The notes: generated by a model from the sequence alone, not told the origin. Shown: positions 29,904 through 44,093, numbered from the whole stretch's first letter. The stretch is DNA of 63,344 nucleotides, filler included, from Choristocarpus tenellus KU-1152 (GCA_964200185.2; 10 parts of 10 records of this genome joined end to end with filler, not necessarily neighbours in it); one strand, 5' to 3'. A program made the numbers and translations.

Positions 29904-32900
29904 ATGTCTCGGGTTGCATCGCTGGTGGGCCTGGTTTTCCTGCCTACACTTTCCGCGTTTCAAGGTGTATCTTTAGGGCGACCCATTGCTCTCTTTGACG
30001 AAAATTCGTTGTCAAGGCGGATTCACTCAACAGGTCATGACCCAAGGAGTTGGATGGACAATGCAATCAGCAGGGAAACGTTCCTTGCAACCTTGGCGGG
30101 TGGATTTTCCACAATCATTGCAGGATCTTCACCCGTATCTGCCGCAATCCCCACGGTGGAAGAGTATGCCATCGGTTCTGGCTCCAAGGTGATATGTTCT
30201 TCTCTCTAGTCTCAATTGACGCTTCTATTAGCGAGGGTACGTAAAAACCCAAAGTGGTCCCATGCTGGTCGCTAGTTGCAAAGATAGGTTATTTTTCTCT
30301 CAAAAACAGCCCCTTAACTTTCTATTCTTGGACTACATGACAGATCAAAGGCCGAGGGAGTGCAAGCGAGGGCTCCACAACTGCTAAGCGGTGAGTACCA
30401 CGTTGATCGCAAGGGCATCTGCGAGCGATGATAATCATTGGCATCAATGTCGGAGATTTTGAGGATGGAGCTTCAGTCCGCTCCAATTCCCAAGCCTACT
30501 AAGGGGGAATCGCAATCCTTCTGTCAATTGCCCAGATTGAGAACATAGCATCTACCTTTACCCTCTTGTAAGATTCAATCATGCGCCCCACGACTCCTTT
30601 AGAAACACGTTGCACACTTCCTAGGGCAGGTCATCTACTGTAATGGACCCTAGTGATCTTCCGGGTACGATTGTGGCTGCTTCTGAAGAGCTGGTGCACC
30701 TGAAGGGGCTTATTGGCAAACAGGTAAGTTGATGGAAGTTCAATGGGGTCCTGTGATAGTGAATTTTCATAGGTCAGAAGGCTTGTTAAAACTACTCACT
30801 GTGCCACCCCTGTGTGTCTTTGCTAGTACATTAGCCGAATTTCATTATTTGTTGATCCTAGCAAAGTTTTTCTCTGTTATTCAATTTATACTAAGGGATT
30901 CCTACAATTTTTCTTGATTTTTCTGAATGTATCTTTGTATACTTCATATGCCTGATATGATGATCACAACTGCACCAAATGTCACTCATGACTCTTCTGT
31001 CCAGTCATAGTCTTCTTACACCCTAGATGATGACACCAAACCTACCTCACCCTCTGTAATTGTTGGTGACTCCTGTGCTATATGATGTGACTCTCTGTTT
31101 CCCTTTGACAGCAATGGGGTGATGCCCTTGTACTTTTGAAGGCACCCTCCTTGACCATACTTAAGAATAATACACTGGGGCTAGGTTCTATTGGTAAAGT
31201 CGCTCAAGCCCTTGGAGTCACATCAACCAAGGTGATAAATGACCTCCGTGCTGAACTTGATCTGGAATGCCTGTAATTTTAGTGTTATTTGCATATATGC
31301 ATTAGCTATATAGCTCATTGGAGCCACTCCGAAGCAACTTGGAACTCTTAACTAAGCCAACAGATTCTGAACTCTGGCGCAATGCGCTTTTCTAGGAAAT
31401 TGTGTTATTCAGTCCCCTCAATTCGGAAAACGTTTTTGCTGAAATCTTGGACAACATTTTGTGATTTTCAGAACCTGTAGTCATATTTGCCTTTGTTCTG
31501 GTTGAAGGAGGCACTAGTACTCGTCCCAAACTAATATGAGTACAAAAGTATGATGTGCATACAACAAATATGTATGAGCAAGTAGCAAAATGTTGTGTCA
31601 TATGATGGCAAACTGAACCTGCAACTGACCGGTTGGACAGATACACACTCTTAAGACTTTGCTTTCCACTCGTTTTGATCTTGTTAATGAAGTGTTACCT
31701 ATTTTGCTGTTCATGAGGCTGTTCTAAACTGGATATGTATGTTAAGCTCTTTTGTCATAATATTTGTTGCTCCAACCAGTACTATGCCATGGAGAAACAT
31801 ATGTGGATGATTGGATCTAACATGAACTCAAGGGTAGTCCAGAAAAAATCATAACCCCTTGGGTTTTTTTACTGTAAAAGGAAGTGAGATATTTTGTTGT
31901 GTGCACTAGTTTCAATGAGGAAACTACATTTACGACCTTGAGGTGTTTGTGTTGATTCATTTTTTTATGGAGGCCAGTGTGAATTGTGTACATGATGCCG
32001 CACCATTTTCATTTGAGCTTAGGCATGTCATCAAATCCCCCTTGCCAGTTGAACACCACTCTACTTTTTAATGTATACCTTTTAGGTACTTTTATAATGA
32101 TCTTTAAACATGAGGAAATGACACCAGGGTATGAAGTGGGCATAGACCTTTACATATTTCAAGTTCACTCAACTCCAGTCAATACTAGCATATCGATCAA
32201 AGAAAACCCACAGAAGCTTTGCTGATGTACAATGTTTGCAACTCATACAAGTGACAGTTCCATGCCCTGAACTATTTCATATTCTGTGTAGAAGGTGGAC
32301 TTGAAGCAAATACATGTGGTACTCCTGCACTGCAGTGTTTCTATTCTCACCCTTGGTCCCTTGGTGTCCTCAACAACTTTATCTGATGCCCTCACATTCT
32401 TTGAACTTGAAATAGATTTGTAAGTCTGCTCCTGCATCACCATTATTCTATATTTCCACCTGCATAGCATGAGAATACTGATCACACCATACATTTGAGA
32501 GTTACCATGTCTGTCTGAGGTTGTAAGGATCACTTCACAGTCATCCCATGACAGTGACTCTCCATTTGGGACAGGCAGAAGAGGTACTTGAAGCACGGGG
32601 TGAGGCTGCCTTTGCTCTCAGACAGCTTGAGGACGTGGTGTTCAGCAATGCACGCACCCTGCAATACTTCAACAGTGAAGATCTTAAGCAGGTACCTTGT
32701 CACAACCTTGCCCATTTTTTTACTCAAATGTTTGACACTCTCCTCTTCTCTGTAGGAGATACGGTCACCTACAACATGTTGCAAGCTCTTTCTTTGTGAA
32801 GGAATGACCCACTACAATGTGTAACTCGCTGTATAATGTACTTCCCTCAGGTGACTACAATGTCCAAGAATTCAGACTCCACCAACATTGAAGAAGCACT

Positions 32901-32967
32901 GGATCTCCTGCAGACAACGTTGAGTTTGGTCAGCGACCTCCTTGCTGTGATGCGAAAATCTCCATAG
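29904..32967 (+). CDS. Plastid-targeted, probably thylakoid-lumen, helical protein (possibly PsbQ-like). Exons 29904-30188, 30344-30390, 30630-30723, 31112-31231, 32575-32691, 32851-32967
   Basis: Signal peptide ending LSA|F, a transit region, then Tat-like ISRETFLATLAGG, a hydrophobic stretch and VSA|A. Mature part is helical (LVHLKGLIGKQQWGDALVLL; EAAFALRQLEDVV). Six phase-compatible GT-AG exons. The gene model is well supported; the family call is tentative. Confidence 0.8.
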
Positions 32968-34349
32968 TATTGTTTAAAGTAGTCTCGATCCAAGCATAGA
33001 ACCTAGACCATACCAGGCGCCAAGGGCACTCCATCACATCGAGCACATCATTGAGGAGGGCGTTGAGTAATAGTTCTTAGTGCTTGTAGACGGTTCCGCA
33101 TCCCCACAGAGTCGCAACAAAAAGAAGCAACAAACAAGTTGCTTCGAAGAGAATAAGCTTTTGGGGATTTTTTCGAGGGTGGCTGTTGTGACACTTGAGG
33201 CTATTTTTTGTGGTCTTCTGGAAGGGTTCTTTATTGTCGTGGAAAATTCCACCTCAACTCTCTTGGTTGGATTGTGTGAAAAGGTAAGATATCCCATTTG
33301 AATTTGAACTCGAGTGGCAACTCTTTCCTTTAGACAGTGAAGAATGATGCTGGGTTACCCCTTACATGAGAGGATTGGTGGCAACACAAACTGTATTTAC
33401 ATTGGTGTTTGTGACGAGGTTTAAAGATTGGTGAATTGTCCCCTGATTTTCCTTCCTTAGGCACACTCTGTATCCTGACAACCTTGTTTGTTTACATGTT
33501 GTACCAAGATACCGTTGTTAACAATTTAAGGAGAAATGTAGACTTTTCAGTTGATGGAATTGATGGAGACCTTCACATCCCCCCACAGCAAAGGACAGGC
33601 AATGGCCTTAGAAATAGTTCCTCTGCCATTCAAACCTTTGTCTCTGTTGCTGATAGGACTCCTTCACCATTTGACAATTGTACAAATGGTTCGTACGATA
33701 GTTAAATGTTGTCTGCGCCTGGAAGGAGCTAGATATACATGTACTGCTCTAGTTCGAGTCCCTTGGTTGAGAGCTTCGCTTGTTGCTCCTGTGGCACAGC
33801 GGCCTAGTGTAAGGTTATTGGACAGCAGGTGCCTCCCACATATCGAATATCTTTATGTATGTTCTGGATAGTTTTCCTAGAGTTTTGTCAAGTTAGAAAT
33901 AATATGATTTTCAACATAATGAGGTATGTTACAAATACAATTTCAACTGAAGGGGTTTACAGGTAAAACAACTAGCCTGCCTATCATAATATTGGCGGTG
34001 CAAGTAGTTGTGTGAATTGAACAGTCCTTTTCTGGACAACTTTTTGTTGTGGGCAGTGGCAGCAGAAGACTTTTGAGGTGCGAAGTTGTCCTTCACTTAC
34101 GGATAAATTTAATATGTATGGCCCTCTATTACCTCAACCTTTCCTACACACACTTGGCTGGAATTCTAATGAAGCCAGGAAGGGTTAGAAATATAAAATA
34201 TATTGGGGGGAGCAGGACCTGAAACTTTCTTTACAGGACAGGCATGCATGGGGCAGATACATCCTTGCTGCTACAAACCTCTCTAAACCCATTTTCATTC
34301 TACAGCAGTCATCTGATCATCTCTTCATGGATTCATACCACTCCCAAAT

Positions 34350-36888
34350 CTAAGAAGTGCTGCCACCAGTCAGTTCATTGTAGCCAAGGAGAACCTCTCC
34401 GTGATCATGCTCTCTGTCATTTGTTGTGCAGACATAGGCATCTAAATGAGGTCCAGCAGGGGATATCTTGTCGATGGTTGGGAAGAGGGCAATGTGGAAG
34501 ACAAGAGGGTGCCCACGTTCATCTCGAACGAGAGACAAGGTTAGCAGTGCAGGCCTATCACCAATTCCAGCATTTGCAGAAAAAGGTGCCATTACTGCCA
34601 AGGGTGACCCTGGTGGTGCCTCCTTGCCCACAGTTGAGAGCATGCTGCCAATGGCAGATTCCAGCTCCTGTATGTTTGTGCGCAGAAATTAGTGCCGGTT
34701 AGGGAAGAGGTAGTGAAAAAACGAAAACAAGACATGGGCTAAGGATATATCGAAGAGATAACAACAGTTTGCCAAGGCTGGCTTGGTCAAGGGGCATGAC
34801 CTGACATTCTTGCTGAAAGTTGGTGCCACTAAGTATGATGTTACACTTCAAAAATTGTGAGATACAACAGGTGGGTTAAATGGGGCTATGTACCACTTCA
34901 GTACTCACTCTTTTACTTTCTGATGCCACTAGAGAGGATATCTTGAGCTGAAGCATTTCCTGTTCACTCTTCTTGGCAAAGGTCTTCAAGGCTTGATTTG
35001 CGCCCAAGAGCTGCCCACCATCCTTGGATGCAATTGCCATAGGTATATGACTGAGGCGAAAAATTTCGAAGTAGTTCATCACAACAGCCCTGGTTCGGGG
35101 CTCTGACCCATTCTCACCTTGACCTGGATCATCATCCTGCTCACTGCCTCCATCCCCACTGCCACTCTCACTACTTCCCAAACTACCACAACCACTGCTG
35201 CTGTCAGTGCATGCATAATTTCCACTCTGTGCGCTGTCAGATGTACTAATCGAACCATCAGTTGCACCTTCATCTGTGGAACCTGGTTCTCCATCACTGG
35301 ACGAGCTCCCACCAGATGAAGGCTCAGGGCTGGTGCCACCATTCTCTATTCTTCCACTGTGTTGACCCCCGTCCCTATTCATCTGTCCCTCTATCACTCC
35401 TGGCACAATTAGTGTGTCATTTACATCACCATTTTGAGCATCAGTATCCTCAAGACCTTGGCTATCATCACTTCCATCATCACCCCTTGCATCGGAGCGT
35501 CCATCACTTGATGCTCCGTACCCATCACCCTCCCCATAGCCATCCTCACTGACATCCCGTGGCTGTAAAACATCTCTAGCAGTCCCACGCAGTTGTCGTT
35601 CCATTTCAAAGCATCTCGTGCGATGCTGGAGGGAGCGAACAAATGCCTCGCAACTGTTGAGAACATGCAACTTGGAAGAAGGCAGCGTTGAGAAGGCTGC
35701 ATTGTCCATGACGCCCTATCCCAAGAGAACAAGGATCAAAGGCTCCAAATCAGTGGTAAGATAATGGAATGGACGCTAGTTCTATATGAAACTACAACTA
35801 TTTTCAAAGTTCGACTGGAAAGTCAGTAACCACGTGATAATTAATAAGCAAGAGCATTAATTTTGGATAAAAAGGGAAAGAGATAGAGGTGGGGAAACGG
35901 ATTCGACATACCTTCATTCGAAATACAAATCATACACATTTATAATCCTAGATACTATATGCTCACTTTAAGCTGATCGATCAGCTCACTGATCTTGTGC
36001 GCCCTTTGTTGCTCGCGACCATTCCGTGCCACCCGCATGATTTCGTGAACCTGCGGTGGGAATTCACCATCCCTTGAACGCTTTTTGCCTACTTGAGAAG
36101 GACCTTGATCAGCGTTACTGTGCGAAGTCAAGGAGTCTATGTTGTTAGGTCCTAATCGTGCCCAAGGCGGTGGCTGAGTACTCAACCCTCCTGAAGGCCA
36201 GACCAAATCTTCCCCAAGTGTGGGTGGTGTCACAACAGCTCCGGCGAGCGGAAGCGTCGCCGTCCCAATACCGACACCAATCATTGTTGACGTCAAAGCC
36301 CCAGCCTCCAGTGACTCGGAGCCAGTGAGAGGAACGGGCTGACCACCATCGGGTTCTAGCGGAGGTATACCAAGGGAGGAATCTCGTCGCATCAGAACTG
36401 CGAAAGAGCATCCAATGAACACGTCCGGGCGTAGATGTTGGGAGATGAGAAGAGGGAAGGGTGAGCGAACGAATCTATGCTCCTGGAAGTCCCAAATCAC
36501 GAGATTCACATCCATAAAGCACCAGCGATCGAATCATGAGAGGCTCCAGCAACTAATGGTGGGATACTGAAACTCAAGAACAAGGAAAAACAAACGAATC
36601 CACTCAACATCCCTCACCAGCAGGGTCACCTTCAAAATCGCCACTATGAAACGTTGGATTATACATGGTTTGGTTTGAGGCCATTGCCGCCTCGAAAGCA
36701 TTCCGCAGGAGGGTTTGACTGTCAGCCTCTTGGCTCCCAGTATTCTCGAGCAACCGAAAGACACCCTCACCACCTGTGCTCCCCAGGAGTCCTAAATCCA
36801 TCGGGTTCATCGTTGTTGTCAGAGAGGAAGTAAGCTGACCCCAAGACTGTTCTGGGTTTTGGTTATGTTTATTGATTCTTGATCCCAT
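34350..36888 (-). CDS. Stramenopile-type bHLH-PAS transcription factor. Exons about 36888-36618, 36397-35967, 35715-34909, 34667-34350 (start Met uncertain)
   Basis: Basic/helix 1 RNGREQQRAHKISELIDQLK and helix 2 SKLHVLNSCEAFVRSLQ. An acidic Ser/Gly linker precedes PAS (YFEIFRLSHIPMAIASKDGGQLLGANQAL) and PAC-like LTLSLVRDERGHPLVF. Introns are phase-compatible. Confidence 0.88.
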
Positions 36889-37379
36889 CGGTCAGGGTGA
36901 AGTTCTATATGACAAATGTGACATTCTTCAAAGAAACATGTCGTCAGGTGTTACGATGTGTTATGGCAAGCTGCTTTTTTAATTTTCAGCTGGTCTCAAG
37001 AGAATAAAATTGCTTTTTGTAGCGACCACTTCAATTGAATTTTGACATATCGTAGCCACACAGTATTTCACATATATTGATAACTATTTATTACAATTTT
37101 AACGGCAAGTTGCACTGGTCGATCCAAAAGCAGACCTTTGATGAACTTGAAATTTGGAGGTTTGGTTATTGATGACAACTATCCAGACAGTTCTATTCTA
37201 GAGAAAGCGAAGGACAAGTAAAAGGTGAACACAATCATTGTCCTAAGGACAAAGTTTTCTTCTGATGGACGCGAATACTTTCACATTAAGGAAATTTGAT
37301 GGAAGAGGGGATCGCGGCAACAGGGTACCCACTCCACCCTACTTGGATTGATTGGTTGTGTTTAAAGAGATGAACACGT

Positions 37380-40040
37380 CTGCCCCTTTCAACACGTTCT
37401 TCAGTGTACTAACGGTAAAAGGTCCCACGCGTATTTGGGCAACCGAGCAAGAAAGGCTCGATGATGGTTTCATCGGCTAGGAAAAACGCTGTCTGAACGC
37501 CTTAGCAACGGAATCCGATCACTGCGTCGTATCCGTATCGTCACGCTCTCGTCTATTTGCTTACAAAGGTAAAACTTGCACTATGACAGGAGACTATTTT
37601 TGCCAACCAGTTCTAATGTCCAGCCAATCTTCAAGATTGAATTAGCGAGTGCGGTTGCGACTGAAATCCTGTTTGCAGAAGCAGTGACAAGCAAGGACAC
37701 AGCAGGTGTAACAGTTGATGCTAAGAGCAGGTTTATACACAGACCACTTTTTCGAGCCTGCTTTGCAACTACTGCCCCCCCCCCATGGGATGTGTCGCCA
37801 TAAGGGTGGTGTGCTAGTGATCGAGCCGAAGGAAGCTTGTTGAATGCCTGGACGGAGCGGGAACAAGCATCCATGAGAGAACCGCAAAACGCTACCTTCA
37901 AACAGGCGTTGAAGGGAGCCTGCCAAAAGTTCAGACAGGTTGAGGATGACAATCTTCCAGGAGTTTCTTGAAACCTACCAAAGGAACTGTAGGGGCGACT
38001 CTTTGAAGTGCCCATAAATGCGAAGTTGGTCAACCTTAACTCCAATAGTGCTGAACACGTCGATCAATGATATTTTTGTATTGCGCTTGCTGATGCACTA
38101 ATGTTGGTGAAGGTGGCAGATGCAATCTGTGCCATGGAGTCGTATCTTGTCTTGGATGGGGATTTATTTAGGTCCCTTGAAGTAATTTGTACTTTCTTAG
38201 CACTCTCCCAGACACCCTATTTCCATCCCTAGGCTGCAGCTAACCCCCTCAGAAGGCTTTGAGCGTAGAAGAGTAGAAATAATTCCGTCCACAAAAGTGC
38301 GAAATCGACCTCCATCAGGTTGCGTTTGCTGATCCCGACTGTTTGTCTCCCTGTGGTTGACTTGTGAGTGCTTATTTGATGTGCATTGATGTGCCGATCT
38401 GTTTGTTGTGCGGGGCTTGCTTTTGATCTTTGCGTTAGAGAGAGAGAGAGAGAGACCTGTATGTTGGGGAGTGGGTAGGAGGAAAAGCAATGAGAAGCAG
38501 ATCTACTATTTGTACAAGGCAGTTACAAGGGCCCCAATACTGAACCACATTCCCCTCTAAGAATTCGAGAGCAAATGGCAAACAGGAAGATGATGGAACC
38601 AGGTGATCTTTCAGGGGAAATTCTGAAACTTGGTCTCAATGATGATGAGATTATCCTACAGGACTTTCAAAGGATTGTGTTACCTGTGGTGGACCAGGAA
38701 GACGTGCTGCAGGTTTGGAAGGTTTTTGCCATCAATGTGATCTACAAAGAAGGATCAAAGGATTATGGTTGCTACACAGAGTCGTTTTATTGGTAACAGA
38801 CACTGGCAAAGTCTTTCTAAAGGTTGTTGCACAAGTGGGAGCTTACCTGGAACGAGAGGTCATAATTCCATACAATGAGGAACAGTGCGATTTCTGCCCT
38901 CAGCCCTTCGTAGTGAACATGGTGCATGATACACACCTTGTACGTCCTCCAGGAGCTCGGGTGGGAAAACAATTATCTCTGTTCATGTGTGGTTTGAGTT
39001 GAGACAAGGGCCTTCATCAAGGTATGTATTTGCCCCCATACTCTTCAACATCTTCTTCACTGGAGTGTTGAGCATACTAACTGTTGAGGCGGTCAACACA
39101 AACCAGTTCATCTCCAAGGACCTTGGAGTCATTTTTGGAATTGCAAAAAACAACCAGGTTAGAGGAGAGGAGTGACAGAGGACGGTGAACTCACGCAGCA
39201 CCTGTGGAGTATGCTTTGTGCAGATGATGTGGGCAATTGTGCCGTAGATCAAAGGAAGTCTGTCCAGGATGATGACAGTGGTGGTGGAGGTGGCTAGGGT
39301 TTAATTGGCTGCCCATGACTAGATTGAAGTCAGAGATCATATATGCCATTGACCTCCAAACAAGACTATTTCTATGGATAGAGTTTGACTTAGAACGTTT
39401 AATTCTCTACTTGAAAAATATTCCGACACAATTCAGAAAATATCCTATAAATATGTGAAAAAGAGATGAAAATTGCACATATTTGTCAGCATCCTCTGGG
39501 TACCTCTCATATATGTTGTCTTGGAGCTGCAAGGAGACTGACATGCTGTTTACCCTGGAGGCACTGGAAGTAATGGTGCTAATATCACCACCAAAATCTG
39601 TTGATAGGATAAAAAAACTGGAGTTGTTCACCAAATACAATCCTGTACTTTATGGGACAAGTACAGTGTATCGCTTAGGCTCAAGATTTGAATGCTCAAA
39701 ATCGAAGAACTTGGTGTCCTGTTGTATGATTGTGTGGACACTTCCACCAGGTCCGCTATGTTAACCTTCACTAATACAGCCACAAATTCCTTCTGTGCCG
39801 CATCAGGTTTTGTTAATGGGAACACACCAGCCCTGTCATTACCAAGATAGTCCATAAAAATGTTAGGTACAACAATAGTAGTAAGCTGACTGTGCGAAAA
39901 AGGAGATTCTTGTTTGCAAGGTCAGTTGCACACAAGGGACATGAGCATCTCAAAGGCTTTGATGCTGAGAGAATATGCAGATGGAAAATGGAAACGAATG
40001 GAGGAGAATTTAATATCTGGCTTGACCCAAGTATTCAAGA
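37380..40040 (+). mobile_element. Degenerate RTE-like LINE ORF2 (AP endonuclease end, RT, C-terminus)
   Basis: In order: NTFFS and SDHCVV (endonuclease end), MANRK...GEILKLGL, EEQCDFCPQ, APILFNIFF, LWSMLCADD (YADD equivalent), RRFLFA. Many stops and indels. Confidence 0.8.
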
Positions 40041-40232
40041 GTTGGAAGTGGTCAAGGCTCTGGTAGGTTTTATTGTGTGCTTTGCTGTGGGAGTAAGGGA
40101 AATCAACTTTGGTACAAAAAGGAGCAAGACATACGCAATTTTATGTTTTCATAAACATTTCCAAAACTTCCACTTGTAGCCCAACATTTCCATTATGTCG
40201 TCATTGTCACAAGGGATAGCAAGAAGTCATGT

Positions 40233-40288
40233 GGCTCAAAGTATATGGGAGGGGGTGGCGGCTGTCCATTTGGGGTCAATTTTTTCAT
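40233..40288. mobile_element. MITE family B1 terminus at the contig end
   Basis: GGCTCAAAGTATATGGGAGGGGGTGGCGGCTGTCCATTTGGGG. Confidence 0.8.
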
Positions 40289-40388
40289 NNNNNNNNNNNN
40301 NNNNNNNNNNNNNNNNNNNNNNNNNNNNNNNNTTAATTAATTAANNNNNNNNNNNNNNNNNNNNNNNNNNNNNNNNNNNNNNNNNNNN

Positions 40389-40462
40389 CAAAAAAAAGAG
40401 TTGTTTGACTGAAACGGACGCCCCCTCACAAACCACCCCCCACCCCCCAGATACTTTGACCC
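40389..40462. mobile_element. MITE family B2 terminus at the contig start
   Basis: ...GAAACGGACGCCCC...CCCCAGATACTTTGACCC. Confidence 0.8.
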
Positions 40463-41107
40463 TCAGAGTTGCACTTTAAGGGATGCTGGGAAATATGTAC
40501 ATCTTTTTTTACCAATGCGAACACGATATTCAATTAATTATGTCGGAGATGTTTCAATTAGTAGAGAAAAAAATGCTCTCGAGTCAACCTAGAACTTCAT
40601 TCATAGAAATATAAGTGAATAATGGAAAAGATTGAACAACAGACTTGAGATGTAACCTGACCATAACCTGCGTGTCTCTCGTTTACTTTGGCTCGAAATG
40701 AAAGACCAATAATATCGTAGAAGGTGGGTCAGGCATCCATTGGGAGCTTTTTTGACCCTGCTGTGATTTCCATGTCATATGAGCAAATGTGATGGATTCT
40801 TGGGAAATTTCTTCATCTGAACGCAACTTCCTTCTCCAATTCCCTTACCTGAACCAAGTCCGAAGGACTATCACTCGCAAAACGGCCATCAAACTGGGAT
40901 ATCTGACAATACCTCATCAAGCCTCGAATGGACAACCTGAGCTAAACATCCTCCCCTCTAGGATACTATGAGCCAAAACTGCGATGTTCGATTGTCACCA
41001 TCGCATTGAGGGTATGAGAGTTCATGACCAAGTGAATAATGGACACTTTTTCCTCCAATAAATTCGTAGAATACTGCTTTTGACTATCCAAAAAGACCAC
41101 TACTAGT

Positions 41108-42640
41108 ATATTTATTACGCCCTCTGACATTTTCCAGACGTACCAGGGAATATCCAAAACTATATCACAAGCACTGCTGTCAATACGACAGTTGTCGTCA
41201 ATGCAAAATATACCTCTCTAAAAATATTGACTATTTCAAAACTTAACAATATAACAATTTGCTCTGTTAAAGGTTGGTAAGTACAATGTATTGTGCACAC
41301 TACTCTAGTTCTAGCCAAGCTTAAGCCTCATGAAGGTGGGAGAAGAGCTAGGGAAGCATCCCACTAATCTGATAAACCTCTTCTTGCCCACCTGGCTAGT
41401 GTCTCGGTTACAGGCGCCCCTCAGAACTCACCTCCACAGGATGTGAAACTCAAATCCAACGACCTTAAAACGACGCTATTGGGGCGTTGTCTTTTACAAC
41501 AGTTTGTAGGGTGTCAGATAGCCTTCTCTTGATAATCCACTCAGTGCTTAGCTCAAAGCATGACTCAATATTTCGTTCAAAAGATAAGACTGGTAGTTAA
41601 GTGGGTTGACCTTTGGCCAAAATCCCTCTTGTTATTTTCATCATCCACCCAATTTCTTTTTGGTCTTCTATGCAACTGCTCTACACGTACTCCAATCATA
41701 AACCTTTCTTCTGCAACTTCTTAGGGACTTTGACATTTTCTTCTGTAATGTTACCTATGCATTCCGTATCTTACTCTGTATCTCCTATGAAATCGTCATT
41801 TATTCTGTAAGGCTGTTACTAATATCGTATATTGTTCGCACTTGTTAGAACGCGAGAGACAATCCTCACACTATACCTCTGTCACAAATGTTCGTGTTTG
41901 CTAAAATATGAGAAGAAATGCTCGCGCTATTCGCGTGTAACAAATGCTCGCACTTCATTGGAACACAAGAAGAAATGCTCGCGCTATTCGCCTATAACAC
42001 GTCTAGCTTGAAGCGTATAACACCTCTCGAGAGAGTCACTTGTGTAGTGACAGGCACTATCTGTCTCAAACGAGACTTCACTTTTCCTGTCCTACAATTT
42101 CCCTCAAGTCCCTCTCCTCCCTACTGTGTGGTGGCTACTTCATCCAATAATATCTTTCCTTGCTTTCCAAAGCGCTCAAAACTTTCCACCGAGACGTTGT
42201 TGAGATTTGAAGTAGGAGGGCCAAGAGAACCCTCATAGTGGGAGCGCTTTCACACCTTGGCTGGGCCAACATCTACACTATTACTGGTGAACGAATAGGA
42301 CAGATGACAGGGTGTTTGGACCTCTACAATAGCACCATCCAGATCGAGGCCTTTGTTCTGGTAGGGAACTGAGCCAGCGTCTGAGAGTGCCCCAGGACGG
42401 AACACCACATCCATGTTTTACTGTAAACGGGGTGCCATCCTCCGTAGTGTAAGAGATGCCTCTTCCCCTGCACAGTTAACATAGGCATTCATCATAGGCG
42501 TATGTTGAGGTACTTCTCCTCCCGCCCTAGGGCAGGTGCGAGCATGTCAGGTGTCGACATTACGCCTCCTGCACCCGATCACTGGGCGCCTATTTGATAG
42601 CACCTCCTCCCTCCCTAGAGATCTGCTGGTGGGAAGTCTA
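41108..42640 (-). mobile_element. Degenerate CRE-like non-LTR retrotransposon 3' part (RLE domain and 3' UTR), split by a family D insertion
   Basis: 42001-42640 translates, with shifts, to QHTPM...EDGTPFTV...DVVFRPGALSDAGSVPYQNKG...ESF...RLRQIV, homologous to 62827-63312. 41108-41403 matches the 3' UTR. Confidence 0.78.
41404..41999. mobile_element. Family D element (about 595 bp) nested in the CRE-like copy
   Basis: Termini GTTACAGGCG...CGCCTATAACA, imperfect TSD TGTC/CGTC. The end motif is repeated three times at about 41835-41999. Confidence 0.62.
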
Positions 42641-44093
42641 ACTTCTAGAGGAGGAATCCGGCTTTCTGGTTCCAAGAGTTGTGTGGTGGCCCATGCATTG
42701 ACCCTAGTCCACACTGGCTCCAGTGACTAGCTAGTCCCAGCGAAGGACTCCCCCTCCCTTGTCCCTTTACATTACTTGGAAGGTTGGTTAGTGGCGTCCG
42801 AAAGGAGTTGAAACGGATCCTGTTCAAAAGGCAGGTGATTCCATCATTAATTGTACACCTACCTTAAATACAATAATTGTGTGTATATCAATAGGATTCC
42901 TGTTTAGCTGGAGGTGCGATATGACTTTAAATATATATCCTTTCTGTCACTGCTCTTCGGAAAGTCTGACAAGATCGATGCGAGAAGGGTTCATTAGTAA
43001 GCGACACAACGGCGGGTTCCGTACAAAGTTGGAGGGAGGAGGCGGAGCGATGAGCAGTGGGATTCCTGAACCTCATACGCCACAAGCAAAGCATGGATAA
43101 ATGCAGTGAGTAATTTTATAATACTTTTACATGCAGGCAATGATTGTGTGTAGGCTGCTCGTATCCAATGGTTAAAAAGCCTTTTCTGTTTGGGTGTCAT
43201 TCCAGGTGATACATACTTTGGGGGTTGTTTTGACCTTAGAATATTATAGAAAAGGGTTTGAATTGCTTGCAAGGTCGAGCCTACCATTCAGTGATCATGT
43301 ATACACCAAGAATTGCACCTTAAAGTCAAGGCTACAAGTGATATAAACTTGGTTGGTTACCTTCCAGGCATCATCACCAATCTAGCTTCTTGAACATCGA
43401 GGCCATTGCATTATTCTAAGTAGGCGAGTTAACTCAGCGCTGTAACATGCAGGGCTCCTTGACTAAGCATCAAAGATATTTGTGGCTTGTGACTTTAGCT
43501 GGTTCATCTGAAGCGTTTCAGTCAGTGGCTGCTGTCGTGCCTGTGTGCCAATAGGGGCGGCGTGGGACCCTGCCTACACATCATTGGGATCTCTAGCGTC
43601 AGATATGTCAATCCTCCAAACCATTGCAGCTTCAGGATCATATTGTAACGGAAGGAGATGGCTTTGTGGGCATGCATAGAAGCATTGCCCACTTCGAACT
43701 GTGCCCTACTTTCTTTTGAATTTGAGCAGAGTAGGTCCTATTTGGTTGCGCACTCTATCTCCTTGTCCATATTTGTTCATTCTTCTTGTACTTTGATCAA
43801 TTGTATGTGCTGCTGTTGTCCTTATTATCCAGACTGTGCAATGCAAGCCATGATGATATGTACACGAAGTATGCATTATGCTTCAACAGAGAGTTAAACA
43901 CACCTGATTGGGGTAATGAAGTGGCCTCAACGCTCTAAAATATTGGAGCGGGTGTGGGTGACTGAGGAATAGTCACCAATTACACCTGGATCTCTCACTT
44001 AGACTCTTCTTGCTATAGGTTTTTGTATCTTTTGAGGCAAAAGAGACTGATAATATAATTTCATCGAGTCAGAGTAGGGAAAGGGGCGAGAGG

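Noticed and set aside
37581-38045. 154-aa minus-strand ORF upstream of the bHLH-PAS gene
   Set aside because: It is antisense to the decayed RTE-like LINE.
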